Source: Tubiluchus corallicola (lineage: Eukaryota > Animalia > Priapulida). From it: a stretch of DNA of 64,000 nucleotides. Location of the stretch: assembly GCA_030141605.1 (NCBI GenBank), contig JAQGDQ010000005.1:744180-808179 (forward strand), read 5' to 3'. This document shows positions 40,701-52,299 of the stretch, piece by piece (positions within the stretch are counted from its first letter, which is position 1; each line of letters begins with the position of its first letter). Under the pieces are notes generated by a model, which was not told the DNA's origin, did not search any database, and saw only the letters and a list, made by a program, of their open reading frames with translations. The position numbers were made by a program, and so were the translations under genes.

Positions 40701-43289
40701 CAGATGTGTATACAATTCTTATTGTATAGGTAAATAGCAATAGCCTGTAGAGCAGGTTGTTTAACTTTAATCAATATGTGCACACCATGACCAAGGAAAC
40801 CAAAACTAAGTAGTGATTACCATCACGAAAATAAAATTTTTCTGTCTTAAAATGCATCGACAAATATAACAATTTGCAGCATTTTAACTCATTTTGATTA
40901 GTATTTCCCAGTTATTTTGGATATTCTTCTTAAACCTATGATCCAAAATTATATAATTTGTTCATCCTATGAAAATTATTGAAAAAACTCATTGGTGTTC
41001 CTTTATATGTGATAGCCCTTGCATCCTTGCTAACGCAGCTGATTGTTTAATTTACGTACACCTTCATACATTTATGTAAATAATAACATTTTTTATTTTT
41101 TAATTCTTAGTTTTTCAACACTAGTTTTACTTGTTCAATATCTTTGCCAAAATTGCCATTATCTTTAATTACTATTGTAGGTCATCACTAAGTCCAGAAA
41201 GTGGTATTGCTGGCACTAATTCGGATTATGATCAAGCTGACTTTGATGACGATTACTACCAAACGTTTCCTGTCCTTGGTGTAGCTAAAGCTTTATATGG
41301 CTTCGATGGTAAGCTATTGATCTGTTATGAAATATTGCCGTAGCATTAACAAAATATGGGTATGATTTGCTGCTGAAAACGATGGTCTTAAACTTTAATG
41401 GCATTCAGAAAATTGATTTCAGTTTCCAGAGCTCTTGTACTGAATAAAGCATGGCTGTGCTCTGAGGGCTGTATACAATGATGGAAAGGTTTTTTATTTT
41501 GGACTGTTTGTTAGGAACAAAAGAGGAATTGGCAAAAAGTAATTCAGAATAATAAACTTCTATAACGGCTTTAGCTGTTTTAGCTTTATTACTGAAAATT
41601 TCAGCTAAAAATCTGAAATCTTATTACATTATAACAATTTAGTGTAAGGTGCAACAGTTCAATAATATCTAGATTCTTAATTGATTCTCGAAATGCACAA
41701 AAGCTCAAATTCAAGTAGAGTTTTGAAAAAGCTTAGTTTTCAGTGGTATTTGCAATATATTTGTAGCTTAACACATTAATAAACAGTTGTTCAACAGATC
41801 AAATTGCATCCGTTGATTAAATGCGTTTTTGCAATAAACTTGTGTTGCCTACAATCACATCTCATTACCTCCTTTTGTACAACTTTATTAAAAACTATTT
41901 CTAATTATCAAGTGAAAAGTATTTACATTCATCTAATTCATGTTTTGTTTCATTAATCAATCTTATGTAACATTTTGCTGCTTCGCTAATTGAATTATCT
42001 TTGGCTAATATTTATACTAATTGCATCTATTTTTTTTATTTCTGCAGCTGTTTCGTGTGGTAAGAAATCATTTATTTATGTGTGAAATATATGTTGTGCT
42101 TTTGCATGATTTCTTAATTTAGTTTATGTTAATTAATTGTGCTTGTGTTGTTTCGTGCATGCTTCTTAGAGTCCATTGACACTGTTTCTGCAGTGCTTAA
42201 TTATGTACCTGTAGAACTACATAGTTTTTCTAGTAGTGTTTTTTAATTTTAACTCATTTGCCTGTTTTTGCCTACATGGTGAGATGCAAGATAATTATCA
42301 GTTGCATGCAACGCCTGCTAGCTTAATTATATTCTTCTCAGCAGACCCTGCTGTTGTAGCTAGGAACCTGCTGCTAAGATCTGTATTAGCATGAAATAAT
42401 GAGCTGTTCTTCCACAAAGCCAGTAATGTAGAAATTCTTGTTCTACATTAAACGGTGAGACATTTTGTTCTTTGTATCAGATTTGACAGAACTGACCACT
42501 TTGAGCTTTAATATGCCATTGTGTACAAAAGCGGCCCGCACCCTAGCGAGAAATTGAAAGCTTGGTGCAGCTTTGTTGTTTTTAAGCATGAATGTTTTTA
42601 TATGTGTTGTTGTAGTGTTATTCTGTATAGTAAAACATTCGTGGACAGCATTTTAGGTGCCATGATTAATGTTTTATTTTTCGAATATATGAGCGTACTA
42701 ATATTACTTCATAAAAATGGGATGATTTAATTAATATCCATTACTAGGGAAATTTTTCCAACAGTAGAAACCTTGCACGATTGGTTTGCACATTTTCAAA
42801 GTGCAAATTGAAATATGATCCTGCTGTGTGACACTGATAATGAAACACTAACATGTGATTTCACCAATTGCCTTGAAGTCATGGCTGAGTTGTGTACTAC
42901 TGATCTGGTTTAGCACCTATTTTGTTTCCAGGAAACAGACACTGTGTTGCTCATATAAGTATGTGTGGTTGAGAGCATACCACAAGGAAAAAATTAACAG
43001 AGTTGATCCCCTTTTATTCCTCTTATTTTTAAAAGTTTAGATCATTTTGAGTTGTGTCCTAAAACTGTAAACAGGTACTGTTTTCTTAAGTTCACTATGT
43101 TACGCAAAAATTCTATGAATGAAATTAATTGCAGCCCAGAATGAAGGTTCTATTGAGATGGAAGAAGGTGAGGAGTTTCATGTGATTGAAGAAGACCAGG
43201 GAGATGGGTGGACACGTGTACGCAAGATGAACGGTGATGAGGGATTTGTACCGACGTCCTACATAGAAATTGACTTGAACAATCCTTAA
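22757..43289 (+). CDS. FNBP1L: CIP4/TOCA/FNBP1-family F-BAR-HR1-SH3 protein (566 aa; 570 aa with microexon)
   Basis: Exons 22757-22780, 28968-29083, 29241-29291, 31656-31803, 32751-32813, 32989-33093, 33607-33735, 34351-34497, 35456-35680, 38465-38577, 38731-38863, 39246-39409, 41181-41308 and 43135-43289 total 1701 nt, are all GT-AG and keep one open frame. Motifs: MNWGTELW|[34 protein letters not shown]1 [15 protein letters not shown]...[13 protein letters not shown]3 ALYGFD...[10 protein letters not shown]...EGFVPTSYI. Probably a single invertebrate orthologue of FNBP1/FNBP1L/TRIP10. Confidence 0.96.
23140..23466. mobile_element. hAT-like MITE, 327 bp
   Basis: Perfect 14-bp TIRs cagtggcattgtga / tcacaatgccactg; flanks ttgttttt / ttactttt (6/8 TSD). 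Confidence 0.85.
25160..26170. repeat. Repeat with degenerate internal direct repeats (possibly Helentron-associated)
   Basis: aaaaccttttgtc...ga.ttttggt.tg.ag.aacctt.g occurs near 25398 and 25951; cca.ctggggtcacc.aaa near 25801 and 26045; tgaggtgg.tt.aca.ggttcat near 25879 and 26115. Confidence 0.55.
29453..29564. repeat. 56-bp tandem duplication (2 copies)
   Basis: taacaggtaaaaagt.actggtggta.ttttgtactacacatttctt.atgtttat at 29453 and 29509. Confidence 0.95.
37763..38280. mobile_element. hAT-like MITE, 518 bp
   Basis: Ends cagaggtg / cacctcta, subterminal aatcgg-type repeats, and an 8-bp TSD aaatgtac / aaatatac (7/8). Confidence 0.8.
39677..40164. mobile_element. Degenerate hAT-like MITE
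   Basis: tagggatgtaccgaatcc on the left and ggattcagtacat on the right form an imperfect inverted match. Confidence 0.5.
42048..42059 (+). CDS. Candidate 12-nt alternative microexon of the F-BAR gene (inserts AVSC in SH3)
   Basis: TACTAAT branch-like motif at 42015-42021, a T-tract, then tctgcAG|CTGTTTCGTGTG|GTAAGA. Frame-preserving in a phase-1 intron with no stop. Confidence 0.7.
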
Positions 43290-44259
43290 CGGAGAACCGT
43301 AAGTTTTATTCCAAGTAACTCTTTTTGTATCTTAATCTGCATTCTTGAATAACAAGGCATTATGATACTATTATGCCGCCAGTCAAGGGCTGCCTTCCTT
43401 GCTGTTTCTCACAAACTCCTGCTTGTTGACAGCTGCTGCAGTGTAAATAACTACGGAAAACATATTACAGACTCCAAAAAAATAAAAGTTATGTAAGTGC
43501 TTGTTTCAACTTGGAGATTTGTCAGCTGTTTTGGAGAATGCTTCTTATTACATTTTGCATGCTACAAGAAATTGTCGCGCAAACCATTGCAAAGGTGATT
43601 CAATGATTTCACTCAAGGTTGTTGTACGTAACATCAAGATTTTCTATGAAAACTAGAAAGTTAAACATTGTCACCGTGAGGCCTAAATGCTCTTCAATGA
43701 AAAAAGTTAACCATGTATATAATTGTATAATTACAGGCTTTTTAAACTTCTACAGCCGTTAATTTAATTACAGTGTTTCGTAAAATTTGGCCTAAGAAAT
43801 GAACAATTTCTTGCAATCCATTCAATGAAAAACCTGCTTGGTGGTAAAACAAACTTTATTCTCAATTACTAAAGAATGCTTCATTTATATTTAATTTGGC
43901 ATGTAAAAATAAAATAGTATAAAACGAATTATGCGTGGTCATTCTGAAAGACTGATATGAACAACAACACCAACTTGTGTATTTAGCACAAAACATCTGA
44001 AGTCAGCATACCTATCTTACATGCAACCAGTATCCAATACCAGCAGCATAAAGTGTGAAATATAAATAAATAAGGTAAGAATAAGACTCGCACACTATAT
44101 TCGGTACGTTTAAATACATCCTTCACCAGTGTTTTTGTGAGTAACTTGATTGTGTGAGACTGCAAGCAGCTGGTCAGCTGACAAAAGGTGCCTGATTTAG
44201 CCATTGCGAGGTGGACTCTCACTGGCTGATTGATGTTTACCGATTTGTGTTTTCTCTGC

Positions 44260-44380
44260 ATCATCTTCATTGGCATCATTATTATTATCGTTGTCATTAT
44301 CGTCATCGTCATTAACACCATTACCACCTTCTTCATCATTATTGATTACATCGTGTCATCACCGTCGTTGTCATCGTCAA
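44260..44380. repeat. Degenerate (CAT/CGT)n trinucleotide repeat
   Basis: catcatcttcattggcatcattattattatcgttgtcattatcgtcatcgtcatt... Confidence 0.8.
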
Positions 44381-45138
44381 AGAGGTGACAGTTAAAGTAC
44401 TTGTGCAGCTACACTGTTTTGCAAGCATGGTACATCACTGATGTGTTTTCATCTCTGCAATTGTAATTATCAATAGCGAACGTCATCAGTTTTATTTTCA
44501 AAGCTCCTAATGTAGTATACTTATGGGAAACTACATACAGGGGAAAGGGCTAGGAGTTTTTAAGTTTATGATTTTTTAAGACATATTTGATTGTTATTTT
44601 TCTTGGCTTAAATGTATCTTTTCTTTTTGTATAATTTATGTCTTTTTCATATTGTTTATGCTCCTTCCTATTTTTAAAGAAGTTGTTTTGAACAACATTG
44701 CTTCAATTTTCTAATTTGCTAAGTATGCCTACTGTGGCGCCTGGATCTCTCACAAAGCTTTTTTTATAATTTATCCCATTACTACAATGCTGGACATCTG
44801 TTTGCTGTAGTAAATTCTAAGTTAATGGTTACAACAAGATATTAATTTTTTTATGTTCATGAATCATCCAACAATATTGAGTACTGTGAATAATCCTCAA
44901 TCCATAAGAAAGCAACATGTTGACAAATTCAGATTATGGATGCTGGTGTTGGTTTTGCTCATGTCACGGGCACTAACTTAGTGAATGATGAATTTACTGA
45001 CTTTGGGAAATACTTGTTATGCATTTCCACAACATTTTCTAAGCTTTTGCGATGAAACGCAACATACTTTTGTTCTCATTCAGTTTTGTTGATTATTAGA
45101 GTGGAAATCTAACAATTTTAAAATGCACATCAGCGCTG

Positions 45139-45713
45139 TGTGCTGAGATGGCGGCTTCACTTCACCTTGTCCCATTTGACCTTGATAGTGTTGAAACATG
45201 TCCGTCTTACTGATTTTGTTGTTACATTCTTAAGAATGTAGAGTCTATGTTAGAACGCTTAGATGATACTAAAGCGGCTATCAAAATGAGAGACCTTCTT
45301 AGCACTCATTGCCTTAGACAGTTTAGGAAGCATTTCTTAGCTTTCATTGCTCTTACTAGCAGCTCGTCTTGACTTTTTGTTACAGCTCATCTCGGTCGCG
45401 GAAGCAGCTGTTCTCTATCCTCTTCATTCTCTCACACACAATCCCTCTCTCTATTTTTCTCCTCTCTCTTTTGCTTTTCCTCTCTCTTCCTTCTCTCTTT
45501 CTCTTCTCTGTCCCCTCCCATTTTCTCTCTCTCTCTCTGCTGTCTCCGCCACTCTGTGTCCCTTCTCTCATTCCTCTCTTTCCTTCACCTTCTGTCTTCT
45601 ATCCTTCCTCTTTTTTTCTCACCTTTCTGTGCTCTCCCTCTCTCTCCCTCTCCAACCTCTTTTTCTTTTTCCCTTACACTCTCTTGCTCTTTCTTGTGTC
45701 TGCCTCCCCTCTC

Positions 45714-45744
<31 letters not shown>

Positions 45745-46583
45745 GCTCCTCTCTTTTTAGTGGCCACCTCCAGGCATGACGATCAGGATGATATAAATAG
45801 TTCGACTGGGTGTAACGTGTATATTGAGATCTAGCACGGATACGTATACGCCTTTTGCTCCACTATAATATATTCACTCTCCGCAGTTTTCCTCCTATGT
45901 CTACAATTCTCCCCAATTGTGCCTAGTTCGACGAGCGTTTTTGTACTTGTCTCTCTTTGTTCTTATGCAGCTTTATCAAACATGCTTCTATGACTTCATA
46001 CTTATTGTTCATTTGCTGCCACTCCCCCGCCCAAACCCATGTGCTCTGTAAGCTTCTCACTCATAGTCTGTTATCCAACTTTTCCATATGTTTCTGCAGT
46101 AACCTTCCTTTCAAGTTTGCAGTCTGTTGCCTGCACTTTACAAATCTCCCACATGTGTTTCTGCGATCTTTGTTGTTTTTGCAGTGTAATTGTAATAGCA
46201 ATAAGCTTCATCATTCGAAGTTTTTGTTACTACTCTGCTTCTTCACTCTGTTGCTTGCTTCTGTAATCTTCAAACGTGTGCTTCTTATGTGCACGTATGA
46301 AGGTTCAGTGGTACAATCATGCAAGTGTTGGATATCTCCGACTGCAGTAATCTTTCCTAGTGGGGATTTTCGACCTTCCTGCGGACACTCGTAACTCTAA
46401 TTGATCCTCTTGACGCTGCACTGTGGCTAGCAGCAGTAGCTTTATATACAGCTGGCTCTCTGGGCTGATCAATAATGTAAATAACTACCGTTCACAGTGA
46501 ACGTTATCACTCATTCCCAGTGTTAGTACCCGGTAAATATTCGTACCATCACCGTTTCTGATTTTCATTTCTCTGCCACCACA
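45139..46583. mobile_element. Possible solo LTR (1445 bp)
   Basis: Begins TGTGCTG and ends CACCACA (TG...CA, 6/7 inverted), flanked by the direct repeat GCTG (45135-45138 and 46584-46587). GC content rises inside. TATA-like motifs occur at about 45791 (+) and about 46441 (-), so orientation is unresolved. Confidence 0.5.
45410..45760. repeat. CT-rich polypyrimidine/(CT)n low-complexity tract
   Basis: About 350 bp of almost pure C/T on the plus strand. Confidence 0.95.
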
Positions 46584-46724
46584 GCTGCAGTCCTCTCTGT
46601 ATTAGCGCTTAAACCTGAACTGGAAAATCATTTTAGTATTGATTTGCTTGGCGTTTCTGATTGGCTCTATACATCCGCTTTCCCTGTGCAGGGCTAATAG
46701 CCTAGTGTACTACCGTCGAGTATT

Positions 46725-46743
46725 TGTGTGTGTGTGTGTGTGT
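46725..46743. repeat. (TG)n microsatellite
   Basis: Perfect TG run. Confidence 0.9.
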
Positions 46744-47672
46744 AGTTGAAACGTTATTCATTGCTGTGCAAGTCGCTGGAACACGTTTATTAATTAACGT
46801 GCGCGTAATTAGTGCACAGCGTTCTCTAGTGGATGCATTTTAATGAAAGGTTTATAAGTAAGCCGTTGTTGCAGATAGTCATGTGCGTGATGTATTAATT
46901 ACCAACGGGCAGATTTAAGTTTTCAAAGTAGTATCGAGTGTTGTTCCTCGCAGAAGTTTGCATTAAACATCGTACGAAGCATATGCCATGTGTTCGTTTG
47001 ACCTTTCTCTGGAGGCCTAGCGCATTTCTGTTTTCTGTTTGCGAGATTGAAGCCAGTTACATAAACTCAACAGTTGAAATTGTGTCGACACCGCGAACAC
47101 ACTGTATTTGCTGACAACTGTAGCTACAGAAACTTCATGAATGCATTGTGCGGCAGCTACCCAGTAACTCTGTATGCAATGTAAAATCTCTCCTGATTGT
47201 GACGGTTGCGAGGCTTATATGAAATCACTACATTCTCTTTGTGCATTCATTTGATATACATATGTTTGATATATGCTTTATCTAATGTAAGATCAAAACT
47301 TGCTCGACTACCGTGAACTTTGCATTACCTTCGTTAATGGCGTGTGGTCCGAGCGCTACAATTTAATCAAGATTATTGTGAATGCTTAAAAAGAGTCATT
47401 ATAATTATGATTACGCGGTGATGTGATTGAAGCGTTGTACTCGCCATGGAATCATAACAGGCGACAAATCTACAGTTCTGCTGGACCATTGATTTTTCTC
47501 TGTGTACAAATGCTGGTCCTGGCTACGCGTGCCTCAGCTGCAAGAAAACAGAACCAAAAATATCTCAGAAAAATCTTAAGTCGGCCATACGCTGCAGTTT
47601 ATAAATAACATGCTGGGGGAATGAGAGTGCAACAGAACTGTGCTGCCGAGTCTGAACTAATGTTTAATATCT

Positions 47673-49016
47673 ATGCACGTTTATGTTATGGATCCACTGA
47701 CGAGACTCAAGGTACAAGAAACTCTGCAGCACTGCAAAACTGACCCAGGAAATTTGTCGCAGGAACACGAACGACGCGGTTCGTTGGGTGTCGGATTTGT
47801 TGTAAAACGCTACGATTATAAACGCACCAGACATGCAAGCCATAGTCATGACCCAAGGCATGACCCGGTCAGGGAGGACTTCCGTCTTAAATTCCAACAG
47901 TACAAGGATATGTTGGGCATTGAGCGCATGGAGATACAGGACCTGGCTGATGCTGATGTGGACAAAATCTATGCTAAATTCATGAAGGCTCACAATTGCT
48001 ACGATCTCATACCGATGAGCTCAAAGTTATTAGTGTTTGATACGAAGTTGCTAGTCAAGAAAGCATTTTTTGCTTTGGTATACAACAATGTGAGAGCAGC
48101 ACCACTGTGGGACTCAGCTTATGAGAAGTTTGTTGGCATGCTAACAATAACTGACTTCATACATATATTACAAAGGTCGTATAGATCTCCTAATGAAAAA
48201 ATGGAAGATCTAGAAACTGATCTCATAGAAACATGGCGCAACAAGTTGCCACTTACTCATCCTGGTATAGTTTCAATAGATCCTAGAGACAGTCTGTATG
48301 AAGCTGTTAAACGGTTAACTGAAGGCAAGGTGCACAGGTTAGCAGTTATAGATGGAGATTCAAATGATGCATTGTACATTTTGACTCACAAACGATTATT
48401 GAAATTTCTTTATTTGTTTCTTCACGATCTTCCAGAACCGGATTTTATGAAGAAGTCAATTGAAGAGCTTAATGTGGGAACATTCGACAATATAGCCACA
48501 GTTAATGCCGACACTCCTGTGATTCAGGCACTCCGTCTCTTCATTGAACGTCGAGTGTCTGCTCTTCCTGTTCTTGACAGAGACAGAAAAGTTGTAGATA
48601 TATATTCAAAGTTTGATGTTATTAATCTGGCAGCTGAAAAGACTTACAATAACCTGGACGTCACTGTTAGTGAAGCATTGATGTACCGACTGCGGAGATT
48701 GGAATCCGTTTACACGTGCCGCAAAAATAACTCGCTCAGGTCAATTGTAGAGATCATTGCTCGTGCTGAAGTCCACAGACTGGTGATCGTTGATGACAAG
48801 GACACTGTGGCAGGTGTCATATCTCTGTCTGACATTCTCAGTTATCTGGTGCTCAAACCAATGCAGGTACAAGAGATTCACAAAGATGTGCAAATTGTAA
48901 TACATGAGATGACACCTATACCTGATAGTGACGAAATGTCTTCAGTAAATGAAGAAGATGAAGAAGTAATGGAAATAGATGACCCGGATAATGAAACCGA
49001 TGTCATGCAATGCTGA
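47673..49016 (+). CDS. PRKAG: 5'-AMP-activated protein kinase gamma subunit (4 CBS domains), intronless, 447 aa
   Basis: Single ORF containing CYDLIPMSSKLLVFDTKLLVKKAFFALVYNNVRAAPLWDS, GMLTITDFI, VHRLAV, ILTHKRLLKFL, RRVSALPV, IYSKFDVINLAAEKTYNNLDVTV, AEVHRLV and ISLSDIL. In-frame stop at 47658; ATTAAA at 49282-49287. Confidence 0.96.
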   Translation: MHVYVMDPLTRLKVQETLQHCKTDPGNLSQEHERRGSLGVGFVVKRYDYKRTRHASHSHDPRHDPVREDFRLKFQQYKDMLGIERMEIQDLADADVDKIYAKFMKAHNCYDLIPMSSKLLVFDTKLLVKKAFFALVYNNVRAAPLWDSAYEKFVGMLTITDFIHILQRSYRSPNEKMEDLETDLIETWRNKLPLTHPGIVSIDPRDSLYEAVKRLTEGKVHRLAVIDGDSNDALYILTHKRLLKFLYLFLHDLPEPDFMKKSIEELNVGTFDNIATVNADTPVIQALRLFIERRVSALPVLDRDRKVVDIYSKFDVINLAAEKTYNNLDVTVSEALMYRLRRLESVYTCRKNNSLRSIVEIIARAEVHRLVIVDDKDTVAGVISLSDILSYLVLKPMQVQEIHKDVQIVIHEMTPIPDSDEMSSVNEEDEEVMEIDDPDNETDVMQC

Positions 49017-51568
49017 CATTAGTACACTGATCTGCTAGTGTTTTAACTTGAATCTTACAAAGGCACTACAATGTGATAAGACAGTATTTGTAATTATAGT
49101 GCCTTTATTTATTAATGGAAAAACTTTGAACTCTGACAATGCTGTTATCTTTTTTTCGTGTTTCAAAACTCTATGTTTTCTTTCTTTACATTTTAAAGAT
49201 GAATTTATTTCTAAAAATGATGCTCAACAGGCCTCGTATTATCAATTTTAACAGATTATAAACTAGATAAAAACCTTTGTTATTAAATGTTGTTTTTGCC
49301 AGGAATGGCCTCATACTCAAGTTGTTACATATGTAGAAATTATATTATTGTTAAATATAATTTTTTTAATATATTCAGTGGAGTGAGACTGAGCGTGTTC
49401 TCTTTTTTAATATTAATATACTTTAATTTTTTGTACTTTGTTTAACTTGTGGAAAACTTCTACTTATTTCCATGGTTTAACTGTAATTTGAGTGCTAGGT
49501 TTCTTTGCTTGAAAACTTTTATTTAAGAAATAGAAAAGCAGTTTAACAGTTTAGCATTTGTCATTTCATGCTTCTTGAACCTAATGTTTGAAGTCTGCAG
49601 CTGCTTGTTGATGTCCCGAAATGCGAATAGAGAAAGCAAGTCACGTGTTGCAGAGCTAAAATAGATTCAGCAGGAGCTATCCTGTTGCTTTGCGTCTGAG
49701 CACGATATTCTGTCCTGTATGTGAAGCCAAGGGCGCAACTATTATAGATCTGTAACCACATGGGGAGAGATATTGAACTAGCTAACTGACTGTGAAGCCA
49801 TACTGTGGACGAATTTGTTCAGTTTGGATGGAGCACTACTTATTAGAAACACTCATAAGAAGAAAAACAACTAATTTTGAGAAGGCCCTGTCATACCGTT
49901 GACTGCTGTTGTATAGGACATTGTCTGCAACTGCTGTATATTTTGGGATGACTTATATTTTCATGATGTAATGTAATTTATTCAAACATTTCTTATCCTT
50001 GATGATACTTTAAAAACAGCTAAAAATTGGAAAACAAATTGCGCACATCAACTAACGTTATGAAGACTTCTGTTCTGCAAGGCCTGTTGCACTGGCTATT
50101 CCTCTTGTGTTTTCAATTTCATCCTTGACTAAGCTGCTAAGGTGATTCATTAGTCATTGTGTTCGTGTGGGGGAAGTTCAGCTTCTGCTTCGAATAATCG
50201 TAATTAGTCACCTTGTTAAGAATTCCAAATGTTGCATGGCACACAATGCAAAATAATGCATTTTTGTGATATTGTGCTTGTAGCCTTTTGTCGACAGCAA
50301 AGAAAGCTGGCATGAAGAGGATGAGGATGAGAAAATGATGTAGTTGCAAAATGTGGCAAAACTATAAAGAGTTGAGCATCAAACTCGCTCACCTTATGAC
50401 ATCTGAGTGTGGCTATGATTTTTGTGTCATGCTGGAAGACCTTAATTGCACCGTTTCAGGTTATAGATCAACTTCCTTGAAAGCTTGCACTCTGTGTATT
50501 CCAAAGATTTTAAAAACAGATAATTAACTAGCTAGGTAATCCAAACTGACTAGGAAATCATAAGACTCCTCAGAAAGTAATACAAAAATCATATTGTGTT
50601 TTGAAAGCCAATCTTTATTAGAGGTCAAACTTTAGTTTGGGTTTCTTGGCAGTAATGTGAGTTAATGAAAACAAAACTGACAGAAGTAATAGTTGAAAAA
50701 TAGAAAGAATGTTGCATCTCAAGAAGGAGTTTGGTTATATTGCCTAATGGAGGGCATGTTTAAGGGTAATCAGTGTGTCTGAATGGATGGTTTAATATCG
50801 GAGGTCAGTTAATTTTCAACAACGTGTAGTTTGGCATGCTGATACAAGTACTTTTGAATTGTGACCTTGAATGGGTATTGGGTGGTTCAAATTCAAAAGC
50901 CTTTTTTTCTGAAAGGCCAAAGAATGATAAATTAAAAAGAGTCCACTCAGAACAGAATAAAAGGCGATCAATATGTAATTTGACAATCCAAAGTTGTTAA
51001 AGCCTTTTACTTACACATCTCATGTAACATGCTTGCTATGCTGCAGGCCAATGCCAGGCAACCAAGACTTGTTTTCATAGAAGTTTCTGTTTTTTTTTAA
51101 TTTGTGCATTTCATGAAGCAATAGTCTGTAATTCAGATCAACTACCCAATCACAGTTTGCATCAGAATTACTTGTTGAGTTTGTCACATGTTACTTGATT
51201 GCATAATCATTACTTTTCGAAAATTCTTTCTGTTAATAAGTAGATTCCTAATTAGTAAAATTTGTATTAATTACACATTTGTAGTTGATGAGTGTCCTCT
51301 AAATGTTTTCGGAATTAATATGGTTAACTGATAGTTTTGATCAAATAGTAATTATAATTCAAAATTCATGTTAATTACCTTCTGAGATTTTTTTTAAGTT
51401 TCTATTACATTTTGAAACTAACATAATAATTCTAAATTTAATAACTTTAAACATTTTTAAAATCCATATTAATCAGCTCATGGTGTTATGTTGTTCGTAT
51501 TTTAAATGAATTGTTGGCTAAAGCTTCTGCGTTACATACATAGTGATGTGCAGTACTCATAGCTAGAA

Positions 51569-51735
51569 TATATTACTAGCTTAAGTAGATAGTTTATTTC
51601 CTCATATGGATATTTGTTGCACAGTGTGAGTGCAGTTATGAGTCAATTATCTTAGCTGGGGTATATTACTAGCTTAAGTAGATTGTTCATTTCCTGTGTG
51701 TGCGTGTGTGTGTGTGTGTGTGCGTGTGCGCGTGT
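51569..51735. repeat. 34-bp direct repeat pair followed by (TG)n microsatellite
   Basis: tatattactagcttaagtagat.gtt.atttcct at about 51569 and 51662; TG run about 51694-51735. Confidence 0.85.
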
Positions 51736-52299
51736 TCGCGTGAATCACGCTGCAGTTTTGATTGCGTATTCAGTTTCCTGTGACGCAGATAGGAACTTGT
51801 GCCTTTGACTGATGATGTACAATGGTAGTATGGGACTACTGTTTGTTTGAACTATGAAAAATATTATTAAATGTATAGATGCATTCGTTAGAGTTATTTT
51901 ATGTATGAGAAGTTGTTTACTCTGGCGCATTTGTGTACACTATGTGGTAAGCGTGGGTGGGCCCCGTGCAGCTTTAGTGTTGGGTGCTGGGCAGCGTCTG
52001 TAGATAGAAATATGCTGAATATTAGCTTCACGTCACGAAATGTGGCATCCGAGGTTTTTAAACTCCTGATTGTGTTACATGCATTTTAAAGCTGACAAAG
52101 AAATTTCATGGTTTAGCATCGTACAGAATCAATTGAAAAGTTAAAAAGCAGCACTATGTTATACTACAAAGATATTAAAAATTTGTGTGAGAACATGTGG
52201 AACAAAAATTGATTCACAGTTTTTAGAATCGCATCAATCCTTTTATTTTCTTACCAGTGCAAAGGAAAAGTTATAGTAAAGCTTGGCATGCCAAGTTTT

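Noticed and set aside
43983-44339. 118-aa Met-rich ORF
   Set aside because: Product of a (CAT)n repeat.
45347-45834. Leu/Ser-rich and Arg/Glu-rich ORFs
   Set aside because: Artefacts of the CT tract.
45900-46220. Faint resemblance to a Penelope GIY-YIG endonuclease on the minus strand (YEVIEACLIK)
   Set aside because: Needs several frameshifts and lacks the core motif residues.
47664-47993. 109-aa antisense ORF
   Set aside because: Shadow of the PRKAG coding strand.
49014-49022. Stop-codon readthrough or selenocysteine at the PRKAG TGA-C
   Set aside because: An in-frame TAG follows two codons later and no SECIS was recognised.
50240-50480. Possible mariner C-terminal remnant
   Set aside because: Too degenerate to recover the DNA or YSPDL motifs convincingly.
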